Below, piece after piece: positions 51,201 to 63,264 of a stretch of DNA of 64,000 nucleotides. The notes below the pieces were generated by a model. That model did not search any database, was not told the DNA's origin, and was given only the letters and a program-made list of their open reading frames with translations. How positions within the stretch are numbered: position 1 is the first letter of the stretch; each line of letters begins with the position of its first letter. Position numbers and translations under genes: made by a program. This DNA is from Malacoraja senta (taxonomy: Eukaryota): assembly GCA_038087875.1 (NCBI GenBank), contig CM075994.1, positions 310,001-374,000 on the forward strand. Reading direction: 5' to 3'.

Positions 51201-52167
51201 TTTACACCCAGGAAGATGAAGTTTCAACCATTTCCACTTCAGCACCATTGATGCTGATTGGGCATGTACTCCACCATGCTTCCTGAAGTCAATAACTAGA
51301 TCTTTTGCCTTGTTAACTCTGAGGGAAAGGGTGTTGTCAAAAACCATGCCCACGCATCTCTTTTAAACTTTGCCCCCTCACCTTAAATCTATGTCCTCTA
51401 GTCTTTGACATTTCCACGTTGGGGGGAAAAAAGGTTCTGACTCTCTACCCTATCAATGCCTCTCACTATTTTAGATAGTTCAATCAGGACTCTCATCGCC
51501 CTGTGACATGCCATATAAAATGACCCAAGTTTGTCCAATATCATCTGATAGCTAATACCCTGTAATCCTGGCACCATTGTGGTAAATCTCTTCTGCACTC
51601 CCTCGAAAACCTCCATAATCTTCCTGTACAAGTTGCGACTAGAACTACATGCAATACTCCAAATGTGGCCTAACAATGGTTTTATAAAGCTGCAAGCTGA
51701 CTTCATGACTCTTACACTCAATGCCCCGACCAATGTGGAAACATACTATACACTTTCTATAGTGGCAGCGTTTTAAAGCATCCCTAAGTTCAACCTTCGT
51801 TAAGCCACTAATATTTCGGAGGCCATTAGTAAAGTAATCTCACGCTCGTCACGACACTCCTGAGATAGCAATGTTGAATCTTCCAGACGTAGTTCGTTGA
51901 TTAATAGCTTCTTTATTGTAGAAATACAGAACAATGAAATAACTCTTAATTTCCATTCTTAATCATCGTCCCAATCATGCTGGTGGGCATGATGATAATG
52001 TGTCATAGACATGGTAGAAAACTGTATCATCTCATGGCTCTGACATCAAAACTGAAACTAATGTATCTGAGTGTCTGCGCTAGACTCTTCTGGCTAACAA
52101 TATTCCCAGACTACTTAAATAACTCCACCCACATTAACACAGGCAGATAACAATTAAAGGTAACAAA

Positions 52168-52720
52168 GGTAGACAAAAGTACTGGAGAAACTTAGCGGGT
52201 GCAGCAGCATCTATGGAGCGAAGAAAATAGGCAACGTTTTGGGCCGAAACCCTTCTTCAGACTGATGGAGGGTGGGGGGGGGGGGGGGGGGAGGGAGAAG
52301 AAAGGAAGAGGAGGAGCCCGAAGGCTGAGGGAGAGCTGAGAAGGGGAGGAGACATCAAGGGCTATCGGAAATTGGAGAATTCAATGGTTATGCCGTTAGG
52401 GTGCAGACGGCCCAAGCGGAATATGAGGTGCTGCTCCTCCAGTTTCCGGTGGTGCTCACTCTGGCCATGGAGGAGGCCCAGGACAGAGAGGTCAGATTCG
52501 GAATGGGAGGGGGAGTTGAAGTGCTGAGTCAGGTTAGTTAATGCGGACCGAGCGGAGGTGTTCGGCGAAACGATCGCCAAGCCTACGCTTGGTCTCACCG
52601 ATGTAGATAAGCTGACATCTAGAGCAGCAGATGCAATAGATGAGGTTGGAGGAGATGCAGGTGAACCTCTGTCGAACCTGGAACGACTGCTTGGGTCCTT
52701 GAATGAAGTCGAGGGGGGAG
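52168..52720 (-). mobile_element. Penelope-like GIY-YIG 3' fragment with terminus
   Basis: NLIYCICCSRCQLIYIGETKRRLGDRFAEH; hammerhead-like core at about 52233-52260. Confidence 0.88.
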
Positions 52721-52754
52721 GTAACAAGACAGGTGGCTATAATAAACTTACATA

Positions 52755-52924
52755 AGGGCTTGTCATTTGTGCGTAATTTACGTGACATCATTTCCACGTC
52801 ACGACGCACGCATGGTGCGCGATGACATAGGCAGTGACGCGCGGCGTCGCAGGATTTTGTGATGTACAAAATCTTCGCGCGCCATCTGCGTGACGCGCAA
52901 ATGACGGCCAAGTGGGACAGGCCT
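52755..52924. mobile_element. CpG-rich Harbinger-type MITE, left end partly deleted
   Basis: Ends AGGGCTTGTC and AAGTGGGACAGGCCT with TAA/TTA flanks; internal palindromy. Confidence 0.5.
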
Positions 52925-53026
52925 TTAAAGCTAAATGGCTCCTACATTTTCTTTACTATTAGTACTGTGTGGTAGCTAAGGTAAACACTGAACATCTACA
53001 TGTATGTGTTCATCTATCTCAGATGT

Positions 53027-53225
53027 GGCACAAAATCTAGGAGTAACCCAATGGGTCAGACTGCATCTCTGGGGAAAAGGAATAGGTGACGTTTCAGGTC
53101 GAGACCCTTCTTCAGACTCTGGAGTCTTCAGGAGTCTGAAGAAGGATCTTGACCCGAAACGTCACCTATTCCTTTTCTCCAGAGATGCTGCCTGACCTGC
53201 TGACTTACTCCAGCCTTTTGTGTCA
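53027..53225. repeat. Fold-back mini-element with two inverted hammerhead-like cores
   Basis: Cores at 53088-53115 (-) and 53136-53163 (+, ...GAAACGTC); about 95-bp complementary arms. Confidence 0.8.
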
Positions 53226-53308
53226 ATCTTTGGTTTAAACCAGCATCTGCAGTTCCTTCCTACATATCTCAGGTGTGATACTGTTTGTATTAATTCATTG
53301 TCTTGCAG

Positions 53309-53608
53309 CTCAGTGGACAAGAGACAGCAAGCTGGCTGCCACAGGTTCCTCTATTCCATTCCCCGGAACTGATAAGAAATTCAACAATTTGAACTGGGAC
53401 TTCTCAGATTCCAGCAGAAATTTCCTCATTACCGAAGTGCATGAAGGAATTATCACCATATTTGAAAAGTACAAGAATCGAATTAAAGTTAACAGTTCAG
53501 ATGGATCCTTTCAATTAAAAGATGTTGGTAAAGCAGACAGTGGCCACTATAAAATGACGGTGGACTTAGACCCACAGAGGACCAGAATTCTAACTCTTGA
53601 AGTCATTG
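53309..53608 (+). CDS. Ig V-set exon without a disulfide (CD2/SLAM/CD58/CEACAM N-type)
   Basis: 300-nt phase 1-1 exon, tcttgcag|...|gtaagt; W in the C strand, YKNRIKV, GSFQLKDV..ADSGHY, LTLEV; no Cys. Confidence 0.88.
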
Positions 53609-53732
53609 GTAAGTAACCAGAGGGTTTGTAATTATTTAAATGAAATGGTGACAGTGTGCTGAGTCGACATTTTCCAAGCATGATTTCTTTTCCTGTATTA
53701 ATTGCCTTGAAGCTCAATTACTGTAAGTTGAG

Positions 53733-54035
53733 TTTAGTTCAGAGATACATCATAGAAACAGACACTTTGGCCCACCGAGTCCACACCGACCAGTGATCCC
53801 ATTAACATTACCCTGCACACACTAGGGACAATTTTACATTCATGCCAAAACAAATCACCTACAAACCTGTCCGTCTCTGGTGTGTGGGAAGAAACCGAAG
53901 ATCTCTGAGAAAACCCACGCAAGTCATGAGGAGAACATGCAGGTTAGGGGGAGAACCAGCACCGGTAGTCAAGATCAAACCCAGGTCTCTGGCGCCGTAA
54001 GGCTGTAGTTCTACCGCTACGCCACCGTACCGCCC
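53733..54035 (-). mobile_element. HE1-like SINE
   Basis: Reverse complement of the SINE family. Confidence 0.75.
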
Positions 54036-54184
54036 TTCCTGATCTGAAGCAATGTTGTACGTGACAACAAAACAAAATGTAATAAATGTTTGTGTTTGAT
54101 CCCAAATATCTGTGGGTATGCCTTGCTTTCCCCCCATCACGCATTCCCACTCTTAATTTTGCCATCTTTCCTCACACCAACTCA

Positions 54185-56105
54185 GCATCCAGTTCAGTTC
54201 AGTTTAGTTTATTGTCACGTGTACTGAGGTACAGTGAAAAGCTTTTGTTGCATGCTAACCAGTCAGTGGAAAGACAAAATATGATTACAATCCAGCCATC
54301 CACAGTGTACAGATACATGATAATGGAATGACGTTTAGTGCAAGGTAAAGACAGAAAAGTCCGATCAGAGATAGTCTGAAGGTCACCAATGAGGTAGATA
54401 GTAGTTCAGGACTGCTCTCTGGTTTGGACACGATAGAGGCAGGAAACATGTTCCCGATGTTGGGGGAGTCCAGAACCAGGGGCCACAGTTTAAGAATAAG
54501 GAGTAAGCCATTTAGAACGGAGACAAGGAAACACCTTTTCTCACAGAGAGTGGTGAGTCTGTGGAATTCTCTGCCTGCGGGTGGAGGCGGGTTCTCTGGA
54601 TGCTTTGAAGAGAGAGCTAGATAGGGCTCTTAAAAATAGCGGAGTCAGGGGATATGGGGAGAAGGCAGGAACGGGGTACTGATTGTAGATGATCAGCCAT
54701 GATCACATTGAATGGCAGTGCTGGCTCGAAGGGCCGAATGGCCTAGTCCTGCACCGATTGTTTATTGTCTGTTGGTTGTGGTGGGATGGTTCAGTTGCCT
54801 GATAACAGCTGGCTAGAAACTGTCCCTGAATCTGGAGGTGTGCGTTTTGACTCTTCTATACCTTTTGCCCGAGGGGAGAAGAGGGAGTGGCTGGGGTGCG
54901 GCTCATCCTTGATTATGCTGCTGGCCTTGCAGAGGCAGCGTGAGGTGTAAATGGAGTCAATGGAAGGGAGGTTGGTTTGTGTGATGGTCTGGGTTGCATC
55001 CAACGTGTGCGGACGGGGCGTCGAAGTACGAGAAGCCGAAGCAAAGAAGTGGAAGCCAAGATACCAAAAGGAAACGACGCCGAAAAGCCAAATAAATGAA
55101 CGGGCGCGATATCGAAAAGCCAAATAACCTAACGGACTCAACGCCGAAAAGCCAAGTCACCTTGCTATGAGAATGCAGGGTGACTTGGACAGGTTGGGGG
55201 AGTGGGCAGATGAATGGCAGATGATGTTTAATGTGGATAAATGTGAGATTATCCACTTTGGTATCAAAAACAGGAAGGCAGATTACTATCTAAATGACGT
55301 CAAGTTGGGAAAAGGGGAAGTACAACGGGATCTGGGGGTCCTTGTTCATCAGTCTGTGAAAGTAAGCATGCATGTACAGCAGGCAGTGAAGAAAGCGAAT
55401 GGCATGTTGGCCTTTATAACAAGAGGAATCGAGTATAGGAGCAAAGAGGTCCTTCTGCAGTTGTACAGAGCCTACACGGTGAATGATAGGGCTCTGGGGA
55501 GTATTGTAGAGCAGAGAGATCTAGGAGAGCAGGTACATAGTTCATTGAAGGTAGAGTCACAGATAGATTAGGTAGTCATAAAAGCTTTTGGCACATTGGA
55601 GATCAGAGTATTGAGTATAGAATTTGGGAGGTCATGTTGCAGTTATGCAGTGAGGCTGCATTTTAGACTATTGGGTTCAGTTCTGGGCACCATGTTACAG
55701 GAAAGATGTTGTCAAGTTGGAATGGGTACAGAGAGGATGTACGAGGATGTTGCCAACACTCGAGGATATGAGCTTTAGGGAGAGGTTGAGCAGGCTGGGA
55801 CTCAATTCCTTGGAGTACAGGAGAAGGGGTGATCTTATGGAGGTGTATAAAATCATGAGATGAGTAAATCACATGGACACACAGAGTCTCTTGCCCAAAG
55901 TGGGGGAATCGACAACCAGAGGACATGGGTTTAATGTGAAGGGGGAAATATTTAATAGGAGTCTGAGGGGTAATTTTTTCACACAAAGGCTAGTAGGGGT
56001 ATGGAATGAGATTCCGGAGGAACTAGTTTAGGCTGGGACTATTGCAACATTTAAGAAACAATTAGACAGGTACATGGATGAGACAGGTTTGGAGGGATAT
56101 GGGGT
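54185..56105. mobile_element. Mosaic of Rex1-like (-) and CR1 (+) fragments
   Basis: ORFs 54424..54624, 54791..55141 and 55167..55571 carry family motifs. Confidence 0.75.
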
Positions 56106-56526
56106 GTCAGCGAGGAGATTACAGTGACTGGGAGGATGGAAGTTAGTGGGTGAAATGGGCATCTACTGGGGTGGGGGGGTGTGTGTCACAGGGAAGGGGG
56201 AGGTAGGTGAAGGGGTCATTACGCGGTAGGGCCCAAATTCAGTCTCGAGCGAGGCCTCCAGCTCAATGATGTTAGGCCGCAGAGCGACCGGAGATACGAC
56301 CCAGAAAACAATCGCATCTCCGTCAAGGTAAGAGTCTGAAAAACAGTTTCCCTCAACCCCCTCCCCCTCCCCCACATAAAACAAACTTTAAAACACACTA
56401 AAAATAACAAAGAAAAGACGAAAAAACTGACAGACTGTTGGCAAGGCTGCCAATCATGCGAAACCCTGGTGGTATTATAAGCCTGATTATATACCCTTGT
56501 GGCATATAAATCAGCCTGATGATGAT

Positions 56527-58516
56527 AGTTCCTTTTCTTAATAACAGACAACACAATGGGTTAGGTAAACCAACTCAAGCTTTACTGATCATCAGCCGGC
56601 AGAAGTGACAGGGATACACCAGTCAAGTAAGCAACTTGTCTCCCGAGTGACCACTTCAATGAACAAAGATTTGCACGGTGTTTTATACTGTGTGTCACTT
56701 AGTCACCTAAGACAAGACTGGGCTTTCTCTCTTATCAATTGGAACTTTTCAACTAGAGAAAGCCTGATTGAGAAGAAATACAAAGTACAACCTAGTCAAG
56801 TATCCCACCATATATCTTGTATATATTTAAAAGCATTTAACCTTTTCATTACCTCTTCTTATCATTTTGATGAAATTAATTATAGTCCTCGCCGAGTACA
56901 TGAAATACCATAAGCATCGCAAAAAAGACAAAAATACACCAGAACCTTAGTTGTGGCAAAAACAGGTACTATTAACTGGCCTGTGCGGATCTCTTACTAT
57001 CTGCAGTCGGGGTATATCTGCTGCGCTGGTCATGTTTAATTTCCAATCTCGTTTAAAGGGAGAGGTGTACCATCCCTTAAAGTTATTGTATCTCGGGCTT
57101 CCATAGGTGATGTTTATTGTTTCATTTTTGTTATTTTTTATCCGTATGATTTTTAGACAGGACGTTTTTTTAGTGGAGTTACAGAAGCATCTCATCGCTA
57201 GTCTCTAGGTAAGGTTTAGTGGAATGGGGACCAAGGGAATTCCTTCCTTACTGCAAGTCAGAACACCGGTGCATACCCAACATTTAGTCCCATGTGCCCT
57301 TACGGCAAACTCATAGCTCTTAGACAGATAGTCCATGCTACTTGGGCCATGGTTAGGACCGTCAGCAGAACAAGCAACATTCATGCCATTCTTACGTCCA
57401 ATCTTCATGCAGTCAAGAAATGTACCCAACGCCGGTGGGTTTCAACCTTCACTCCTGTCAATGTAGTCAGCAGCACCTGGTATGGTTGGTTCCAGCGGGG
57501 GTCGAGCTTCCTACGGTCCCAATTTCTTATAAGTACGTAGTCCCTGGTTGGACTATTTTGCTCTGGTCACCGTCAGGTAGCGGCCTCTGGGACTCCTTTA
57601 CCTGTAGATGTAATGCTGACAGAATACTCTCTTGGTAGCAAAAACATACACAATTAGTCTTACCTTCGGTGTCTGTATTAACGACCTTGGCGGGGAACCA
57701 GATCATCCTCTGATGAAGGACCACAGATGTTCCCAGGAGCTTCTACGGGAGTTCGGTCTCAAAGGGTCCAATTAGAGCTCAGTTTTCCCCCTGTCCGATC
57801 CCGGTCACTCTGCAGCCTCTTATACAGTCATCCATTGATGGTCCCAGCGAGGTCCTGCCGACTTTACGCCAACGAAAAAGTTCCTTTTCTTAATAACAGA
57901 CAACACAATGGGTTAGGTAAACCAACTCAAGCTTTACTGCTCATCAGCCGGCAGAAGTGACGGGGATACACCAGTCAAGTAAGCAACAGGCACTTGACTT
58001 CCCTCCACCGCCTTCAATGAACAAAGATTTGGCACGGTGTTTATACTGTGTGTCACTTAGTCACATTCCAAAGGCAGTTAGTCATGGTCACAAGATGCAG
58101 CCAACATGCATCACTACAGGACAAGTCTAAGCTTGTCTCTTATCAGTTGGGTTGTCTCTCTTATCAATTGGTAAGCACAATTTCAAAGGCAGTCATTTCT
58201 ACTGTATATGCCATGTGGGCACATTCCAACGGCATTTAGTCATGGTCACAAGATGCAGCCAATATACATCACAACAGCACCTTCAGGGCCAGACAGTTCA
58301 AAGGCATCTTATCAGTTGCTACTTCCAAGACAAGACATTTCAAAGGCATTTAGTCACTGTCTCAATATACGTCAACCTCAGACAAGCCTGGGCTTCTCTC
58401 TCTCTCATCAATTGGTACTTTTTCACGAGAGAAAGCCTGCTTGAGGAGAAATACAAGCTACAACCTAGTCAAGTATCCCACCATGTATCTTTTATATATT
58501 TAAAGAGCATTTAACA
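56527..58516 (-). mobile_element. Internally deleted endogenous retrovirus (class I-like pol/env remnants)
   Basis: Direct repeats at about 57879-58516 (starts TGTTAA on minus) and 56527-56841; PBS 57853-57871; integrase tail YVLIRNWDRRKLDPRWNQPYQVLLTTLTGVKVE..RWVH; env piece CWVC...GIPLVPIPLN; purine tract at about 56842-56860. Confidence 0.82.
57853..57871 (-). promoter_or_regulatory. Retroviral primer-binding site, tRNA-Ser-like
   Basis: TGGCGTAAAGTCGGCAGGA matches the complement of the vertebrate tRNA-Ser 3' end (TGGCGTAGTCGGCAGGA, recalled) with two extra A. Confidence 0.75.
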
Positions 58517-59019
58517 TTTTGAATGGCAGATGGTGGCTGAGAAATGTGGAATCATTATATTGTGGGAGATGTTTAAGAAGTGTCAATCGAACCTAGAGGG
58601 CATAGTCCTAAATAGGGTGCGAGAGAGATGGGGGTGAGGACCTCATGATCTGGTATCAAGATAACAACCTTGGAGGTAGTGATTGAGTCAGAAAGGAAGC
58701 GGTTCACATACCCCAGTATGCAAATATGGCGCCGAGGTAGAGATGGTTGAAAATGTTAAGTTCGGAGGAGTAAACATCACCAGTTTCTTGTCCTGGACCA
58801 CCCGTATCGCAGCAATGGCCAAGAAAGCAGGCCAACATCTCTACCTCTTCAGAAGGCAAAGGAGCGTGGCAGGGTGTTGTGCGTCTCTGATGATGCTGGC
58901 TATCTTTTTGAGGCAGCGACTCTTGTAGATCCCTTTAATAAATCTGGAATTACTTTTGTATACTTGAGGTCTAAAAAAGGGAGTTTGTGTCTTGGCTCAT
59001 TGACTCTGTTGTTCTCCAG

Positions 59020-59289
59020 ATCCTCTCTCCACACCATCCATCTCCTGTGGATTACAACCCTGAGAACCACACGGCTGTGCTGAACTGCACGGTGCAGAGA
59101 GGGAGAGCTACTTCTATTCTGTGGAGCAGTGAAGGAGTTGTCCTCCCAGTGAGCCCACGGCAGTCCCTGTCTGATGGGAATGTAACATTTACCATTTGGA
59201 ACGCAGAGAAATCAGACTCTGGCTATTACACGTGCAGCATGGAAAACCAAGTCAGTCAAAACAACAGCACCTACAGCTGGTCATCGAGG
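59020..59289 (+). pseudogene. Ig C2-set exon of the IgSF gene, with two compensating frameshifts
   Basis: 270-nt exon, ctccag|...|gtaagt. The ends DPLSTPSIS and LQLVIE are in one frame; the core AVLNCTV...ILW...DSGYYTCSMEN is in another. The spliced frame stops at TGA 59061. Confidence 0.8.
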
Positions 59290-59351
59290 GTAAGTCTGTC
59301 ATGGTATTGGCAAAGGTCTATTTGACCCACATTGTTTATGCCTACACAAGA

Positions 59352-61390
59352 AGTGGCACAGTGGTGCAGTGGTAGAGTTGCTGCCCACAGCTCGTACGGC
59401 GTCAGAGACCCAGGTTCAATCCTGGCTAGGGCCGTATTAAATAATAGAAGATAGACACAAAAAGCTAGAGTAACTCAGCGGATCAGACAGCATCTCTGGA
59501 GAAAAAGAATAGTTGGCATTTCGGGTCGAGATACTTCTTCAGACTGAGAGTCGGGGGAAAGACGTTCCTTAAACATCTGTATGGAGTTTGTACGTTCTCT
59601 CCGTGACCTGCATGGGTTTCCTCCCACACTCCAAAGATGTGCATGTTTGTCGGTTAATTGGCTTGGTATCAATGTAAAAAAATTATCCCATATGTAGGAT
59701 GGTGTTAATGTGCAGGGATCGGTGGTCGGTGCAAACTTGATGGGCTGAAGGGCCTGTTTCTGCGCTATTTATCTAAACCAAACTAAATAAAACTAAGAAC
59801 TCCTCCCCACTCTTGTTATTTGACTTTATCAGCATAAGATATCACTCTGTTCTCCCTAATGTGTTCAACATCCAGTTTAGGTTATAGTTACAGAGATTCA
59901 ACACGGAAACATGTGCTTCTGTCCATCGAGTCCCGACCAGGGATCCCCGCACACTAACACTATCCTACACACGAGGGACAATTTACAATTATACCAAAGT
60001 CAATTAACCTACAAAGCTCCACGTCTTTGGAGTGTGGGATAAAACCCACGCAGGTCACGGGAGAATGTACAAACTCCGTGCAGACAAGGACCCGTAGTCA
60101 TGACTGAACTCAGGGTCTCTGGCACTGGAAGGCAGCAACTCAACCACTGCACTATCGTGCAACCCAAGTTGTAAAGGTCTATTGCACAGATGCTGGCCAT
60201 TTGTCCCATGTTGATGTTTATGCTACACAAGAGCCCCTCTCCACACTTGTTATCTGTCCTTATCAGCGTATGTCACTCTACACTCCAAGTACTCTCCAGA
60301 CATATAACATCCCCCAAATTCTAATTGAAATGGATGATTATCTTATTCTTAGAGGTCATAGAGTCATACAGTGCGGAAACGGGCCCTTCGCCCCAACGTG
60401 GCCAACTGTCCCAGCTACACTCATCCCACCTGCCTACGTTTGGTCCATAACCCTCCAAACTTGTGCTATCATGTACCTGTCGAACTGTCTCTTAAATGTT
60501 GGGATAGTCCCTGCCTCAACTATCCCCTCTGGCAGCTTGTTCTATGCACCCACCACCCTTTGTGTGAAAAAGTTACCACTCAGAATCCTATTAAATCTTT
60601 TCCCCTTCACCTTAAACCTGTGTCCTCTGGTCCTCGATTCACTTATCTGGGCAGAGACTATTCCTCTCAAGATTTTTTCACCTCTATAAGATCACCCCTC
60701 ATCCTCCTGCTCTCCATGGAATAGAGTCCCAACCTACTCGCCCTCTCCCTGTAGCTCAGACCCTCTACCCCTGTCAACATCCTTGTAAATCTTCTCTGTC
60801 CTTTCCAGCTTGACAACATCTTTCCTATAATTCACATGATCTCTCATTCCGCTTCTCCCCTGTGTGGATAAATATCTCTCCAGACGTGATGTAGGAAATT
60901 TTGAAAATTATAAGGAAGATAAGTAGTTTTTAATCCGTTTAACCCAAGAGAAATGCATCGTGGGAAGCAAGATAGGAACAATTGTCCAACAAGCATCAAG
61001 GCAGCGCAGCGGGAGAGTTGCAGCCTTCCAGCGCTTACAGACTCAGAGACCCTGGTTTTCTGCGAGTCTCGGGTTGTCCACGTTTGGTTTAGTTCAGTTA
61101 GGTTTAGAGATACAGCGTGAAAACAGGCTCTTCAGCCCACCGAGTCCGTAACAATCAGCGATCCCCGCATATTAACACTATCCTACACACACTAGGGACA
61201 ATTTACACTTATACCCAAGCCAATTAGCCTACATACCTGTACGCCTTTGGAGTGTGGGAGGAAAGTGAAGATCTCGGAGAAAATCCACGCAGGTCACGGC
61301 AAGAACGAACAAACTCCATATAGACAGCACCCGTAGTCAGGATCGAATCCGGGTTTCCGGCGCTGCAAGGCAGCAACTCTACCGCTATCG
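59352..61390. mobile_element. Cluster of HE1-like SINEs, a Penelope terminus and a CR1 3' fragment
   Basis: SINEs at about 59352-59795 (+), 59880-60160 (-) and 61080-61390 (-); CR1 at about 60352-60830 (-). Confidence 0.75.
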
Positions 61391-61591
61391 AGGAGAAGTC
61401 TGCTGTGTGATTATGGATTGTACACCAAAATCAAAGAACTTTAATGTACCTAGATACATGACAATAAAATATCACTGAATCATTGAATTGAATCAAAAAC
61501 ATGATAGATGCAAAGGGAAGTCTTCTCTGCATCATGGACATTTAAATTAATATCTACAAGATGTAACCAAAGGTGATTTATTTTGTTGTAG

Positions 61592-61687
61592 ATCATGAAC
61601 TCAATCCCAAGCTCGGGTTGGATTATACCTGACCATTATCTTAGTGATCACAGCAGGTTCTCGTGCTTAGCGCTCTGTTGGTACATG
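61592..61687 (+). pseudogene. Transmembrane exon of the IgSF gene, frameshifted
   Basis: 96-nt exon, ttgtag|...|gtgagt; pieces DHELNPKLGL / LTIILVITA / VLVLSALLVH in alternating frames; the paralog at 6427-6481 lacks the extra base. Confidence 0.72.
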
Positions 61688-63264
61688 GTGAGTATTCATT
61701 CTCTGGTAAAACCATGTCCTTGTATGTGGTGGTGTGGAGTCAGTCTGTGGGATTTCATTGCCACAGATGACTGTGGAGGTCATGTCAATGGATGTTTTCT
61801 AAGGCAGAGATAGATAGATTCCTCATTAGTACACGTGTCAGGGGTTATGGGGAGAAGGCAGGAGAATGGTGTTAAGAGGGAATGATTGATTGAATGGCAG
61901 AGTAGGCTTGCTGGGCTGAATGGCTAAATTCTGCTCTTACGATAGACACAAAATGCTGGAGTAACTCAGCGGTATGCTGGTCATTGCAGGCCATTGAGTT
62001 CTTCTGAACAAGGGTCTCGACCTGAAATGTTAACCGAAACGTGAAGGAATTTCCTGCCTGTCTGTGTGTATATTTCAGATAGAAGCAAAATGCTGGAATA
62101 ACTCAGCAGGACAGGCAACATCTCTGGAGAGAAGGAATGGGTAGACATAAAGGCGTAGACTTTTTTCTAAATGGGGATTGGATTCAGAAATCGGAGGTGC
62201 AAAGGGACTTGGGATTGCTGGTGCAGAATTTCCAAAAGGTTAATTTGCAAGTTCAATCGGTAGTGAGCGCAATGTTAGCATTTATTTCGAGAGGACTAGA
62301 ATATAAAAACAAGGATGTAATGCTCAGGCTTTAAAAGGTGCTGGTATGATCGCACTTGGCGCATTGTGAGCAGTTTTGGGCCCAGGACCGCACAATGTTT
62401 CCTCCTCTACCCTCAAGCTCTGTGCTGAACAACTGGCACCAGCCTACACAGATATTTTCAATCGGTTCCTGCAAACCTGCACTGTCCCTGCCTGCTTCAA
62501 AGTCTCCACTATTGTTCCCCTACCCAAAAAGCCAAGGATTACTGGTCTTAATGACTAGAGGCCTGTCGCACTGACCTCTGTAATCATGAAGACCCTTGAA
62601 AGACGTGCTGGCCAGACCCCCTACAGTTTGCATACCGGGCAAATAGATCAGTGCCCTTGTCCTGAGGCGAGAGGGGCTGAACATTTTCACAGACGCTGCC
62701 TGTGACTACTTTACCCCCTCCCCCCCCACCAACCCGTGACTCAGACTCTGGCGATGACCAGGGAGAGACACAAAGCTGGCAGAATGCTTCCCCTCCTCCG
62801 GCACTGGGTGGAAAATGTGCAGTCTGACCTTACGGACAGAGTGGGGTATGGAGAACAAGGTTAGGAATTGGTGCTTGTCTCGTGAATAAATGGGCGCCGT
62901 GATTTGGGTGAGCTTTCCGTGTGGGAACATGGACGTGGAACGGGAAGGGTAGTGGATAGATTCTTGAGGCTCTACTGAAGTAATGACGTGTACTTGGATG
63001 AGAAGCTACTCCAGGTAGCTCCTGGTTCTGGCAAGCCACGGGCGAGGGGGATGGCAGCTAGCGGGTGAGGGTGGGGCAGCATTGAGGAAGCAAGGTGTGG
63101 TATGAAAGGCTGTGGGAAGGTGAGGCAGGAGAAGGAGGGGGAATTAGACGAATGGATTGTTTATGGGCTGAGTGAAACATTTGCACCCTCTATTGGGAAC
63201 AGTTGGAATGGTTATCATCTACTTATTGGGAGTCAACCAATATTTCATATGAGAAAATATTCCT

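Noticed and set aside
51775..52165. Possible solo LTR on the minus strand (TG start, AATAAA)
   Set aside because: No second copy, PBS, clear end or TSD could be verified.
55005..55162. Spaced short repeats as a CRISPR array
   Set aside because: Repeats are only 11 bp and irregular, the context is vertebrate, and there are no cas genes.
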